Assembly (NCBI GenBank): GCA_002269645.1
Contig: NIVC01002773.1
Span: 51,760-115,759 of the forward strand
Direction: 5' to 3'
Origin: Macrostomum lignano
Taxonomy: Eukaryota
Length of the DNA stretch: 64,000 nt
Part shown: positions 27,637 through 39,600 of the stretch, piece after piece
How positions within the stretch are numbered: the first letter of the stretch is position 1
Layout: the number at the start of each line of letters is the position of its first letter
Position numbers and translations under genes: made by a program
The notes under the pieces: model-generated
Seen by the model: the letters and a program-made list of their open reading frames with translations, nothing else
Told to the model about the DNA's origin: nothing
The model's database searches: none

Positions 27637-29796
27637 CTAAGACAGACAGTCAGACAGACACAAATAGGACAGAAATATTTAAAGGTGCAGATGTATGGTA
27701 CGCAACTCACGGAGGCAGATGTACTCGAGGCCTTGGCCTTGGTAAGTACCATAAGCGGTGTTGGGGTAGCCAGTAGCACTGCTCGGCCAGGTGTACTTGC
27801 AGGTACTTAGGGACGAGCAGGTGGGGCCCTGAAAAAGGGTTACATTTTTTGTTTCAGAATATTGCGGACAGTTTTCGGCAGGGCAGAGCAAAGTCTGGTG
27901 TTCAACTCACGCCGCAGAAAATGGTAGAGAACACTGGCAGGGAGCTCTGCACTTGGGCCATCAGGTACAGCTGCATGTCAGATCCGTAGCTGCTGAGGCT
28001 CGAGTAGACGCTGGTTGAGTCAATGAAGTCGAATTTAAACAGAGATCTAGCAAACGACGGTTGGCAGTAGCCTGAAATTGAGGGAAGAAAGAGAGATGGT
28101 TTCGCCAAACAGGTGGCACACCATCCTACCAGATGGCACAATATCCTACCAGATGGCACACCATCCTACCAGACGGGACACCATCCTACCAGACGGGACA
28201 CCATCCTACCAGACGGGACACCATCCTACCATACGGGACACCATCCTACCAGACGGGACATACCACCAGCTGAGAAACGATCCAGCATCAAACAGGTCTT
28301 CACCGTTGGCGGCACCAGAATTCACCTGGCACACGCTTGGTCGGTAATTATTGCAATTCTCCGGCAGGAGTTTGCCCCGCTTGGTGGAGTAGACGGCACA
28401 GTCGTAGCCGACCGCGTCCCCGCCGGTGAAGACAAAATAGAACAGGTCGTCAGGCACCCGGTTGCCGAGGTTGTCGTAAAACCCTGAGCCGAGGCTGGCG
28501 TTGCGCCTGGCGTCGACATATATGAAGCTGTCGTACCACTCCACCTGGTCGAACAGGCTGAGGTCGTGCCGGGTCTTCGGCGCGTACAGCTTGCCGGGCT
28601 CTCCAGCTAGAGACGATCTGGCGCTGGCGCAGTTGAGCACCGCGTTTGAGTGGCGCCTGCTCGCATGGTCCAGCCACAGGCACTTGTCAAAGTGCTGCAT
28701 CAGGCCCGTGGGACATTCTGGCTCGGCATTGGAGGGAATTAATAAGTTATTTGCGGCACTAAAAATACTTCCGTGACTTGACATATATTGCAGTCAGCTT
28801 CGGACAGACATGCAGAAGCAATAATATATCAAAATAAAGAAATTTTATCTGAAGACCTAACTTCGCTTTACGTCAGCATACATCGGCTTAATGAAACAAA
28901 TTACGCTCGTAGTTTTCCAGCACTGAACCGGTAATTTTCTACTTTCGAAGATCCATGAAGCCAGTGTGGTGTGTTTAGTTCGGGCGGTTTCAGAAGTTTA
29001 ACAACTTTGATTTATTTGCCTGTTTGAAGTTATGGAAATCGAACCTATTGACTTTGTAACTTTTTTCCAACCACTGCAGATTTACGAAAATAGCCTTGGT
29101 TTAACGAGGAGCTATAGTTGATTTTCTGTTTCTGTCTACACAGTGAGAAGTGGGCAGCGCTTTGAGGTGTCTTTTGAAGGGCCTCCAGCGCCTTCTTGGA
29201 CTCAACGGCAGAGATATAAAACATGTGCCTGGACATCAAGGCAGTATCCATGGCCGGCCCTCTAAGGTCATGACTGCTTCGCTAGGCATCGCTATACCTC
29301 CGGGAAAATCCGAGGAATGCCCATTCGGCCTCTCTGTTGTTCACCTGTGAATGTCTCGCCTTTACTCAGGACAGGCTAGTTCGGCCCAATCCCGGACCTC
29401 TCCGACGTTTTCAGACCTGAAAATTCTGCCAGCTCATCCGCTACCTAAGGGCTACCGGGCGAGCGACCATCCACCTCCTGGACTCTCCGGAGAGGGAGAC
29501 CGCGCTGGGGACACCACGGCACCAAAGGATCTCCCTGCGCGTATCCGGATGCCGTGAGCCCCCTGCAGTTGAGTCAAGCTACATCGAGTAAAACCTGTTC
29601 CAAATTGCAGTACAGTAGGATAACTCTAATCAGAGACGCGTTCGATTATCGCTAAGCAATGGATAAGCAGCTCGTACTGATTCTAGCTTGCCTGAGTGGG
29701 GCGGGCTGACAGCAAAATAGCGAGCCACTTACTGTAGGCCGAAGCACCGGGCCAAGTGAGGAGCAGAATGCAGGCGCTCAGCCCGATGAGGTACAT
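10975..29796 (-). CDS. Large multi-exon gene for a secreted or cell-surface mosaic lectin-like protein (signal peptide, C-type lectin, F5/8C-discoidin, kringle-like, fucolectin/FTP-like); 3' end uncertain, may extend to ~9770
   Basis: A series of GC-rich minus-strand exons with canonical splice sites. Phases match across several junctions: 28717-28304 to 28071-27911 to 27828; 19250-18878 to 18785; 16383-16111 to ~16030-15870 to 15752-15665 to 15096-14762 to 13900-13759. Some junctions are unresolved. Confidence 0.75.
11750..11953. mobile_element. MITE with ~60-bp terminal inverted repeats, TA-flanked (Tc1/mariner-like)
   Basis: ta|caccttttcacgttcaattttgatcaaagtccagttctaaaaaaactagcggaa ... 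ttccgctagtttttttagaactggactttgatcaaaattgaacgtgaaaaggtg|ta. Confidence 0.8.
12585..13348. mobile_element. Possible non-autonomous DNA transposon with imperfect ~21-bp TIRs
   Basis: ggtggtcccgaaaagggccgtt versus the reverse complement of aacggcccttttagggtcacc; no clear TSD. Confidence 0.35.
13759..15096 (-). CDS. F5/8 type C (discoidin)-like domain, exons 15096-14762 and 13900-13759
   Basis: AITGVICRG...LRMSISYSDSG...GNE|VTFEP...STRLFEVRLATQLTLKLEVLGYP; the phase-0 junction matches. Confidence 0.7.
15665..16383 (-). CDS. Fucolectin/FA58C-like domain split over three exons
   Basis: Spliced reading AGYRATDG...LCAASV...WLFIDFG...FTYVV...LC...FDCRK|TARYLTV...LVFVEIEVHG; phases match at both introns. 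Confidence 0.7.
17205..17825. repeat. ~18-21-bp minisatellite (gggggatgcttgctatct)n
   Basis: Direct reading; the unit length varies through the G-run. Confidence 0.95.
19550..20851. mobile_element. Non-autonomous hAT element (Buster/Charlie-like) filled by a (CTCCT)n satellite
   Basis: Termini taggggtcgggaaact and (rc) caggggtcgacaaatt. The 8-bp TSD cattagag is at 19542-19549 and 20852-20859, with a central TA as in the Buster subfamily. Confidence 0.88.
19633..20645. repeat. (CTCCT)n pentanucleotide satellite, ~1 kb
   Basis: Direct reading. Confidence 0.98.
21103..23102. mobile_element. Non-autonomous hAT-like element, 2.0 kb
   Basis: 12-bp TIR cagtgttgggca / tgcccaacactg; 8-bp TSD cacaagag / cacgagag (7/8 match); dense subterminal ttaacg/cgttaa motifs at both ends; no transposase ORF. 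Confidence 0.85.
24958..25400. repeat. Foldback low-complexity tract (TACAA)n / (TTGTA)n
   Basis: tacaatacaa runs followed by ttgtattgta runs around ttgtacaattgtacaa at ~25125-25150. Confidence 0.8.
26590..26770. repeat. 20-bp minisatellite (acattatccagagctcaggg)n
   Basis: Direct reading. Confidence 0.9.
26956..27065 (-). CDS. Kringle-like exon
   Basis: WYDHYYGDLDLSRSGLPCVDNATGWPVPSNKCRH resembles the kringle pattern Y-x-G-x4-T-x-SG-x2-C...N-x-CR; canonical splice sites. Confidence 0.5.
27378..27527 (-). CDS. F5/8 type C-like N-terminal exon
   Basis: QPLMHGIPGRLNATLSASSFVSYARPEYAILN resembles the discoidin start PLGM-x-ITASS-x-P-x-ARLN; GTGAGT donor. Confidence 0.55.
27535..27660. repeat. 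(GACA)n microsatellite
   Basis: Direct reading; includes the acactaagacag variant. Confidence 0.95.
28105..28265. repeat. 20-bp minisatellite (gggacaccatcctaccagac)n
   Basis: Direct reading. Confidence 0.9.
28304..28717 (-). CDS. C-type lectin-like domain exon
   Basis: CPTGLMQHFDKCLWL...AVLNC...GKLYAP...YDCAVYS...LLPENCNNYRPSVCQ has CTLD cysteine spacing; AG acceptor and phase-1 GT donor. Confidence 0.75.
29733..29796 (-). CDS. Putative first coding exon (signal peptide) of the mosaic lectin gene
   Basis: ATG at 29796 gives MYLIGLSACILLLTWPGASAY, a hydrophobic core ending in A-S-A, followed by a GTAAGT donor. Confidence 0.6.
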
Positions 29797-30159
29797 TGTC
29801 TCGCAGTTTAATTTACTTCGATCCTTTCAACAGAAGACGAATAGAAAGTATGGCTATTACAGGTGTGATGTGCCTGCAATGGCGTATCCTCCTTGCCCCT
29901 CAGCCCTCTCAATTTAACGACAATTTAAGCGAGTCTGATCCGGAAATTTCCACCCTTATCCACCCGCCCCGTTGCCATGCCAACCCAATAATATTGAATC
30001 AGATGGGGAAATTCATCGCAGGCCACTTTGGGTAGGGAGGGGCTCTACGGGTTTGGGGGAGCAGAACTTCTGTCATTGTTTGGATGTCTCTGTGGTTATT
30101 TTATTGTTTATTGCTTGCGCTGTGCTGCACTTTCTGCCCACGTTTCAGACGGCGACTAT

Positions 30160-30730
30160 CTAACAGTTATGCTCGTGTCTAACTGTTATACCCGTGTCTA
30201 ACAGGTTGGTGTCTATCTAACAGTTATACCCGTGTCTAACAGGTAGGTATCGAACTATCAGTTATACACATGTCCAACAGGTTGGAGTCTATCTAACAGT
30301 TATGCTCGTGTCTAACAGTTATACCCGTGTCTAACAGGTTGGTGTCTATCTAACAGTTATGCTCGTGTCTAACAGTTATATCCATGTCTAACAGGTAGGT
30401 GTTGAACTATCAGTTATACACATGTCTAACAGGTTGGTGTCTAGCTCGTATCTAACAGTTATGCTCGTGTCTAACAGTTATATCAATGTCTAACAGGTAT
30501 GTGTTGAACTATCAGTTATACACATGTCTAACAGGTTGGTGTCTATCTAACAGTTATACCCGCGTCTAACAGGTTGGTGTCAATCTAACACATTCACTTG
30601 TCTCAATCAGGTTGGCATGTATCTATCAGACATTTCTGCGTGTAACAGGTGGACGCCTATCTAACTGGCATACTTGTACGCTGCTTGACAGGTTAGCACC
30701 AGTCTAACAAACACAAAAATGTCTAACAGG
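30160..30730. repeat. ~19-20-bp minisatellite built on tctaacag(tt/gt) units
   Basis: tctaacagttatacccgtg and tctaacaggttggtgtcta units alternate. Confidence 0.85.
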
Positions 30731-33194
30731 TTTGGCACTTATGTAACAAATGCCGCGCATCTAAGAGGTGGACGGTTAGGTGTCCAAAAAAATATTCTAT
30801 CAAAATTTTGTCCTAGCACCACCCCAGCCTTCCATCCTTACAAAGTGTCCAATAGTCAAGCGACAAATAATCTTAATTCAAGGGTTAATCCCTGGATTAG
30901 TCTGAGGGAAAACATTTCCAACTCTAGTGGGATAACAGTTGACAAAAGTGAGCTGGAGACAATGAAAGAGAGCCCCTTGAAGCCTGTAAAAAAATTCATT
31001 GCTTTTAATGGATGGCAGCTTCAGCAGGGGGCGGGGGCAGTGAGGAAGCCGCGGTCGGGCTTCACCATGCCCGCAGCTGTTGATGCTGCAGGGGAGGTAA
31101 GCTATCAGGCTGGCTGCAAGGGGAGTCACGAGGGCAGCAGGTGCCGCCATATTAGGTGGGGGAGGGGGGCATGTTGCATCCACAGCAGACCTCCTGGCCC
31201 ACTCTATGGCGATGGCTCTGAGACTCTGAGACTGTTGTCCATCCTATCCAGCGCATGACTATAGGATAGTACGGAAGGCCTTCACCTCTGGGGTAAGTGT
31301 CTATCGAAGTGCATTTTGAGTTCACAATAACATCCAAATATAGACCGGCCCAGTCTCTTAGCCAAAATGCCCTTATAATCCCTGCTAGCGCTATTGTTTC
31401 CTATAAGCGGCTGGAGTGCCCCTGAACTTAAGTTTATTGTTGATTTCATGTCGAGACATGAAATTTAGACCCGAGATAAACAAATAAAATTCATAAATGC
31501 CTTAGTATTGACCAAGCATTCATGTACCAGGCTTTGTTTTAAATATAATTAGTTGCCTAATTAGTGAATTAAATGCGTTATTTTCTGATTAACCAAGCTA
31601 AGAAACTCGACTCAATACTCGACTCATAAGAACAATGAGAAAAAGCAGCGAATTGCATACATTGTTATGAGCATACTAGCTCAGAGGTAACACAGTATTG
31701 CGTATTCGATCTGCTGACAATATATATAAGCTTCTTTATCTATACTATTAATTCTAAACTTTCCATTTAGTATATGGTTCACAGTGACACTCAAATGACT
31801 GAAGCATGGATGAAGGAATACATGGATTGTTCATCTGAAATAATCTATGAATTTGGCTCCTCGAAATTTACCCCCGTATGAATTTCTATTGGTGGATTCC
31901 CCGTAGGATTTGACTTGCTATTGAGTCCAGTCTGTCAGATGCATCTTTGGATTTACAGCTGCTACGTAGTCATTCTTGCAAGTAAGAGACAAATCGTGCG
32001 GGGGATTTTTTTTGCTAAATTGACCATAGATTTATTTCAGATGAGCAATCCATAGTATAAGGATTGCTCGCATGCCAAACATCTCATTCGTCATGCCGCT
32101 CGCATTTCGTCAACGTTCTGGAAAAAGTGCAAGAATGTCATTCCTGCATGGAAAATCAGCCGACAATGTATCCCCCACTTGCCCCGGGCGAACGTCAATG
32201 GTCTCAGTGTAAATTTCATTTATTTGCATCGGTGCAAATAAACGGTTTATTTCACTCGCCCAAAGACAATATTAAAACGCTGTTTGTAACTGCTCACTTG
32301 GCTACATAGAGAGAATTGTCTGAAACATTCACCGCATGTCTGAATCTGCAGAATATTGTATAGAAATTCTGCTATAGACCATAGACATCAAATAATTTTT
32401 AAAAATTGTCTTAACGTTCTTAAAATATATTCTTTAAAAAATGCTTTCGTACCACGCTTATTGACCTGGGCTTCGCCTATTGCCTTAGCACTGGTATAAA
32501 TGGGGAATATATACCAATTACCCCCACGGGCCCCGTACTACCGCTATTGGCTGATGAACTCCTTGCTATTCCTTCATCCAGGACTCAACAAATACGACTC
32601 TAGCTTCGCAATACGACTCATGTTAAGAATATATACCGGTATAGTTTCTTTTCTTAAAAGAATACAAAGTGCTACAAGCCGCTGGCGGAAAATTAAATAC
32701 TTCTAATCCCAATCGGCCTACATCTTAATTTTCATTTTCTTCTACAAACGTAACAAAGAGGATGTGCATGCCTAATTTTATTAGAGGAGTTTGTTGCCGT
32801 CTATGTATTAAGCGTGACTAAACGTATTTTACTCATGTGATAAATAGGCAATTAGATAATAGCATGCACGGTGAGCAATTATTTAGGCCCTAGACAAACC
32901 TACTTGGAGCGTTTGGAGATTTTAAAGCTATTAATCCTAATCGCCTATCGCCGGTCGGCGAGTCCTACCAGTCTTTCTCCAATAGCCGCAGGTACAGTAC
33001 AAGAAAATAAAGAACACGAAGGAACACAAACCGAAAGATTTAGAGAGTGATAATCCTATGTGATACAACTGATAATTGGCTAGACGATTTAATTTGATTA
33101 CTTCAAGTTACAAGATTCAAGCAATTCGCGGCGCAGATAATTAGACTGATGATAACGAATAGTAACGATTAATAATAATGATTATATTACGCAC

Positions 33195-33853
33195 TGACAA
33201 GCGGATCTCAGCTTGAAGAAGAAGAAGGAGGCACCGAACACAGGACCACGGAGAAGACTCCTAACCCCTGGCCTAAGCCAGAACCTACACTCAAACGAGA
33301 GCCCTGCCGAATCGACCGTTCAACGGAGTACCGACTAAGTTCTATCGGCACTGCCCTTCAGTGTAACACTGAGGCCCTCGGGGTCGAGGCCGCGTACTTG
33401 ATCAGATCCGACAGTCTCTATCTAACCGCGCTTGATAGCGACGACTTCAGACAAGGATGCCGAATCGTTCCGCTATAAGACTAAAGCGGTTGGGCGGGGA
33501 ACAAAACACGGACCGGGGTGATGAATTCAGGCGCCTCAACGCGCAAACCAAGGGGAAACAGCTAGGCCACCGGCCGGGAAGCAAGACAAGACAAAACCGG
33601 GGAAAGAGAGGAGAGAAATGAGATCCGATTGCCAAATACACTTTCATATATAGTCAGAGTCACAACCCCTCAAAACCCCCTCAAGCCGGGTGGTGGTCGT
33701 CTGGCCGGCCGCTTGCTTAAGCCGAATTGCACCGTGCCCGCGGCGCCGGGTAGAATTGAAACTTGCCGCGTGCCAGGGTCCAGGCCGGTTCTGATTGGCT
33801 GACCGCACAAAGCTGGGGTTCGCAGACAAAACTCAACCCTCTGCTGAGTCACA
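33195..33853 (-). mobile_element. Possible LTR-like segment
   Basis: GC-rich block bounded by TG...CA, with a minus-strand CCAAT (~33795) and TATATA (~33646). No matching TSD and no RT ORF found. Confidence 0.25.
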
Positions 33854-36645
33854 AAATTGGCGTCTGACTTCTAGCCTGTTTACGCAAAATAAGCTCTAAC
33901 TAACAAGAAAAAGTACACCAAAAACGTATGACTAAACTAAAGCAAAATAACAATTCAATAACAATATAGAAACTAATACAGTCAATTTACAACAAAATAC
34001 ACGCAAAGATGCTCACACTACACTCAGGTCAGCGGAGTGGTTTGCTGCGGATTGACTACAGTAGGACCACTGTAGTAACAAGTCGTAAAACTTGAATTGA
34101 TCGTATAATTTTTTGATTTGATGGGTTCGGCCTTTTTAAGCCTGTAGCTTCGGGCCTCAGAACTCAGAAATGAATCACTTAAAGCTCTGGCCTCTCACTC
34201 CTGTCAGATGGTCAGCCCCGTGGTAGCAAGATTGTGGGCGAGCAGCAAAGGTCCTATAGCTAAGAGAAGACAGCGAGAGACAAGTAGGAAGAATTCGAAA
34301 GGTAGAGATTAGCTAATCCACAGATTAACCAACCCGCTGCCACCAGTCCGTGCGCCCCGGCTCACCAAACCGGAGCTATCGAAATCGGACTTCCGACTAG
34401 AGGGGCACTGCACTTACCTGCCATTTAGTGTCCTTTAGCTGTCTATCTCGAAGTCATAGCCGAATAGAAGGGACGCTGCTGGGACTAAGATCGCATTGGC
34501 CATGCAGGGACAGAGAGGACTTTTGCAGGGGGTTCTTGCGCTGGCGAGCCTTTATACACTACTAAATGTACTATTTCATTACCGAATTCCCAGAAGTACA
34601 TGTACAAGTACACGTAACTGCACACCTTTGGCACTAAATGTGTTAATGCGTCGACATATAGCGATGATGTAGGTGTATTGTCGCCTTTGGAGATCTTTAG
34701 ACTAACATTTTACTCGGTTTCGCCGCTTAGCACGAGACTGCACGAGAGTACCAGTCTGGCACTTAGTTTGCATGCTCATCATGATTGCTGAGATCGACTG
34801 ACTGGGAACTGTGCCGCTTCCGGTCCACTGCGACCTCTACCCCTAGATTTCGCCGCTCATCTCAGCTGGCATTGCGAAAAAGAAAGAAAACACTAAGCCT
34901 TTAACTTCCAGATTTAACTTTCTCACTTATCCGCAATCCCAAACGCCTTAGATTGAGTTAGAGCGAATGGTTACTTTTAGTATTAAATGAAACTTCTGCC
35001 TTGAGTTTGGCACACAAAAAGCAAGAATGCAAAAGTGCAAATCCTATCAGACTACCTAGGAAGGGGTCAGACAAAGGGCGCACCCAGTTAAGCAGGTCAA
35101 GAAAGCCTCTCACCCAACCAATCAGAGGACCTATCTGCCGGTAGCCAAGGATTCCAGAGACCGAAGCGCTCGGACGGGATGCTGATGCTGATCCTAACTG
35201 ACGAGTGCCGCCGTTACTGTTCACTTGAGTTGCTGTTGCTGATCTTAGGGCGCAGGCCGTGGGGAAGGGGGATCACGAGTGACCTCGGCCGAAGGACGAG
35301 CGTTGGAGAGAGCTCCGCCCCAAAAAGTCCAAGATTGCCAGGGACCAAAAAGCGGGTAGCTCCCAAAAAGGAGACCTGTCGAGCGCGGGCCGACATGCCG
35401 CCTTTTATAGATCTCACGCGGCCGGTTTGTTATAACGAGCGCCGAATTTCCTATTGGATGAGAGCCTTTATTAAAATCGGCGCCGAATTTTCTGATTGGT
35501 CGAGCCGGGGACAGTCAGGTCGACTCTGATTGGCTGAGCTCAAGACCCCAAAACCCACCCCACCAGGTGGCCTTTGGACTCCAGGGAAGTTGACAGGCGC
35601 GGTCATAAATCATGAGACAAACCGAATAAAAGTCACTTGTCTAGACATCCTGGCGCCGAAAGTGACTGCAAAAGCCCATAAATCAAAGGAGAAGGTAATA
35701 GAGCGAGTGGGGAGGAAGCTGAAAAGACCTTTGAGCCAGACAGGCTGGAGCCAAAAGTGACAGCTAGACCGTCATAAGTCACCAAAAATAGAGAAAAAGT
35801 CACAAATTAGGGGGTCAGAATGAGATTAAAAACAATTCCTCCCAGACTTAGTGTCACCTTTCTAGACTGTTAGAGGTCAAACCACCTCAGACCCGGATAA
35901 CCTGACCTTCAGAGATGCACAAACAACCCAAAATTAGAATCCTAAGGGAAGTCTCTGAGTATCTAACATAATTAATAGTAATGTCATAAATTAGTATAGA
36001 ACTCAGCCTAGATGAGAGAATAGAGAGAAAATCCTAAGCTAGCCTACTGACAGTAGGGGAAAAAGCGCATCGAAGCAAAATGTGTGGTTTTAAGATTGAA
36101 AAAAGATGCGTCCTTATCAGATTGCAGAAAAAATTAAAAAGTTATTTGCAGGAAAAAATTCACTGCAGACTCAGAGATGGGTATATCTCTCACCCCGCTT
36201 GTAATGATATTTCGTAAGTTCGTTCCTTCCTTATCGATTTGATACCCCAGACTGTACAGTCGTTTATAATATATACATACATGTTAGAGTTTTTGTGTGT
36301 TCATTGATCAACAGCAACAACAAAAATTCGTCTATTTTTATATATTTGATATCATTGATAAAATACGTCGTATACCCTGACGTCGGCTTTTATGGGTTGA
36401 AACGAATTGATTTTCGCAATCAATGTTGATTTTAAGCTTCATTTAAAATTACTTTCTGATAAAAAAAATCAACCAGCCTGTATTATCGTGCTTTGTTAAT
36501 TCGGCTGCAAGAGTATTTATTTAAACGCGTCAAATTGACCAGAAATCATAGAAATAGGTAGCTTGAAGGGTCAGTGGTCAACGTCTTTATATTGTAGCTT
36601 TTTTATACAAACCTCATTCTGTAACTCATTCACATAACAACCTTT

Positions 36646-39600
36646 ATGGCTGGAAGAAGTAAGTAGCTACTCTTCAATGCTAAAAACTATTACCTATTCA
36701 AATCAAGATAAATAAGTAGGTAGGACTAGATTTTAGTTTAAGTGCGACGTGCGAGTAGACGTAGACCAAACCCTAAACTTAATTGTTAGCTGTACAATTT
36801 TATTTCTATAAGATAAAAAGTGTACAAGCTTGCCATAAAACAGCAGTAAATTTTAGAAGTCTATTGCTTTCCAATGTTAAGAAATGCATAACATAGAAAA
36901 GAATCTTTTTCTTAATCAAAGAAACATTATTGGTGTTTTATTTACACTAGTTTTTATCATATTTTAGTATCACTATCATTATGCTATTACGTACTAGACC
37001 GATCATAGCTTAGGAAATGGGGAATTGGTTATGAAACTGAGAAAACATATTATGAGATATATTTAGCATTAATACTTTTAATTCAGGAGTAGAATAGCAG
37101 GAGAGAAAGGAATACATTGAAAACCAAGAATTTCAACTAAAAATTATAGCAAAATACAATAATACAATAAAAATAACAATAGAATAAAATACATAAAAGT
37201 AATAATGCAATTTTTGCTTGCAACTCTAGTAGTATTAGCTATGATTTAATGTTAGTATATTCAAAATATAAAACTACCTAATTATTAGCATTTAATAATT
37301 GCCTAGCCCTGAATAATATTTTCTCCAAAATTTTGTTTTATTTAAATATAAATTTTAACCATTTGACCATTGACAATTTTAGACATCAGTAATGCCAGTT
37401 CATCAGAAATCTTGGACGACTCTGAGCTATTGTTAGACATACAAGATGATGACAAAAAGCAGCTATTGAAGTTTTTGTATTGTCACAAATGCTCTGACCT
37501 GGCTACAGATGCTGTAGACACATTGTGCTGTCATGTACTTTTATGCCAGGCTTGCTTGGATCTATTGGAGAAGGTATATTGGAGTCTACTTTTTTACTTG
37601 ACCATTTTAATTTCTATCTAAATTCAAGTCCTACAGAAATTAAAGTAGAACTTTTACTACCTACATGTAATATAAAAAATATAGTTTATTATAATTAGAT
37701 CCTAGTAACCAAGAGGCTGTTAGAAACACATAGGCTCCTAGCAACTAAGAAATGTACAACTGGCCCCTAGCAACTAAGAAATGTACAGCTGGCCCCTAGC
37801 AACCAAGAAATATGCAACAGTCCCCTAGCAACCAAAAAATGTACAGCAGCCCCCCAGCAACCTAAGAAATGTACAGCAGCCCCCTAGCAACCAAGAAATG
37901 TACAACCACCCTAGCAACCAAGAAATGTACAACAGCCCCCTAGCAACCAGTAAACTCGCACAGCAACTGGTCATCACCCGGCAGGTGTGCCCAGACTGCG
38001 GCCGCAGCTGCAGCGGCTCGCCCAACCACCTCGCCAGGCGGCTCATTGGCTGTCAGCCGTGGCGCTGTCGTCACTGTGGCGCCGAGGGCAGCCGGTCGGA
38101 CGAGGCAGACCACCGGCGCCTCTGCCCGGCGCAGCCGCGCCAATGCCCGGCGCCAGGCTGTCAATTTGCCGGAGCGCCGGACGAATTTTTGGCGCACCTA
38201 ACGGAGCGCCACGCGGCGCAGTTGTTGCGCAAATCGGCGCTACTATTTAGCGCCCGGGCGGCGCCTGAGAGGCAGGGCACCGTTCAGCCGGTGTCTTCAC
38301 GGAGACTTCGAATGCCCGGACTCATGTTCTCTGCTGCCGGACTGTCCCGCGATCCGTCCAGGTGGGTGAGAGATGGGTGAGATGGGTGAGAAATGGGTGA
38401 GATATGAGTGAGATGAGTAGGAGATGAGTGAGATGGGTGAGAGATGAGAGAGATGAGTAGGAGATGAGTGAGATAGGTAAGAGATGAGAGAGATGGGTGA
38501 GATATGAGTGAGATGGGTGAGAGATGGGTGAAATGGGTAAGAGATGAGTGAAATGGGTGAGAGATGAGTGAGATGGGTACGAGATGAGTGAGATGGGTAA
38601 GAGATGAGTGATATGGGTCAGAGATGAGTGAAATGGGTCAGAGATCAGTGAGATGGGTCAGAGATGAGTGAGATGGGTCAGAGGATTGAGAGAGATGGCT
38701 GAGTTGCCATTTTAACTACTGTTTATCAGTAGTAAGTTTGGGATCACTTCGGCAAACTCATTCCGAGTGTTGGATTACCTAAATGATTTTCCTTTGAACA
38801 AGCAGTTAGGCTTTCTTATGCCACTGTATCATGCGGTGTTGTCTAGTTTGAAGGCTTTGTAACTTTATTGACGGACAATTGTAAAAAACACAAACAAGAA
38901 CCCCAAAGCACTGAATTGACAGTTTTTTTTAATTCTGATTTTTAGAAGTTCTTTGAATACAAATAACTTTAGATAGATCAGAGTCATTATTAAACGAAGC
39001 TGCTATTTAAAAAGTCAAGCAAGACGAATAGCAACGCATTAATGTAAATTCATGCCTGATGTCTGATTTCATAAAAGTATTTAAGGCTTCAAACTTTAGT
39101 CTTTACAAAAAAGCATTAGTGAGCTTGTTGAGTAGTGTCAGTAACCAGCTCTGACACCAAGCACACCTGACATACCCAAGCACACCTGACATACCCAAGC
39201 ACACCTGACATACCCAAGCACACCTGACATACCCAAGCACACCTGACATACCCAAGCACACCTGACATACCCAAGTACACCTGACATACGTAAACACACC
39301 TGACATACCTAAGCACACCTGACATAAGTAAACACACCTGACATACTTAAACACACCTGACTTACCCAAGCACACCTGACATACGTAAACACAGCTGACA
39401 TACGCAAGCACACCTGACATACTTAAACACACCTGACATACGTAAACACACCTGACATACGTAAACACACCTGACATACTTAAACACATCTGACATACCC
39501 AAGCACACCTGACATACGTAAACACACCTGACATACTTAAACACACCTGACATACGTAAACACACCTGACATACCTAAGCACACCTGACATAAGTAAACA

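Noticed and set aside
30719-31258. 179-aa plus-strand ORF
   Set aside because: Begins inside a minisatellite, shows no recognisable motif and has no consistent splice or partner evidence.
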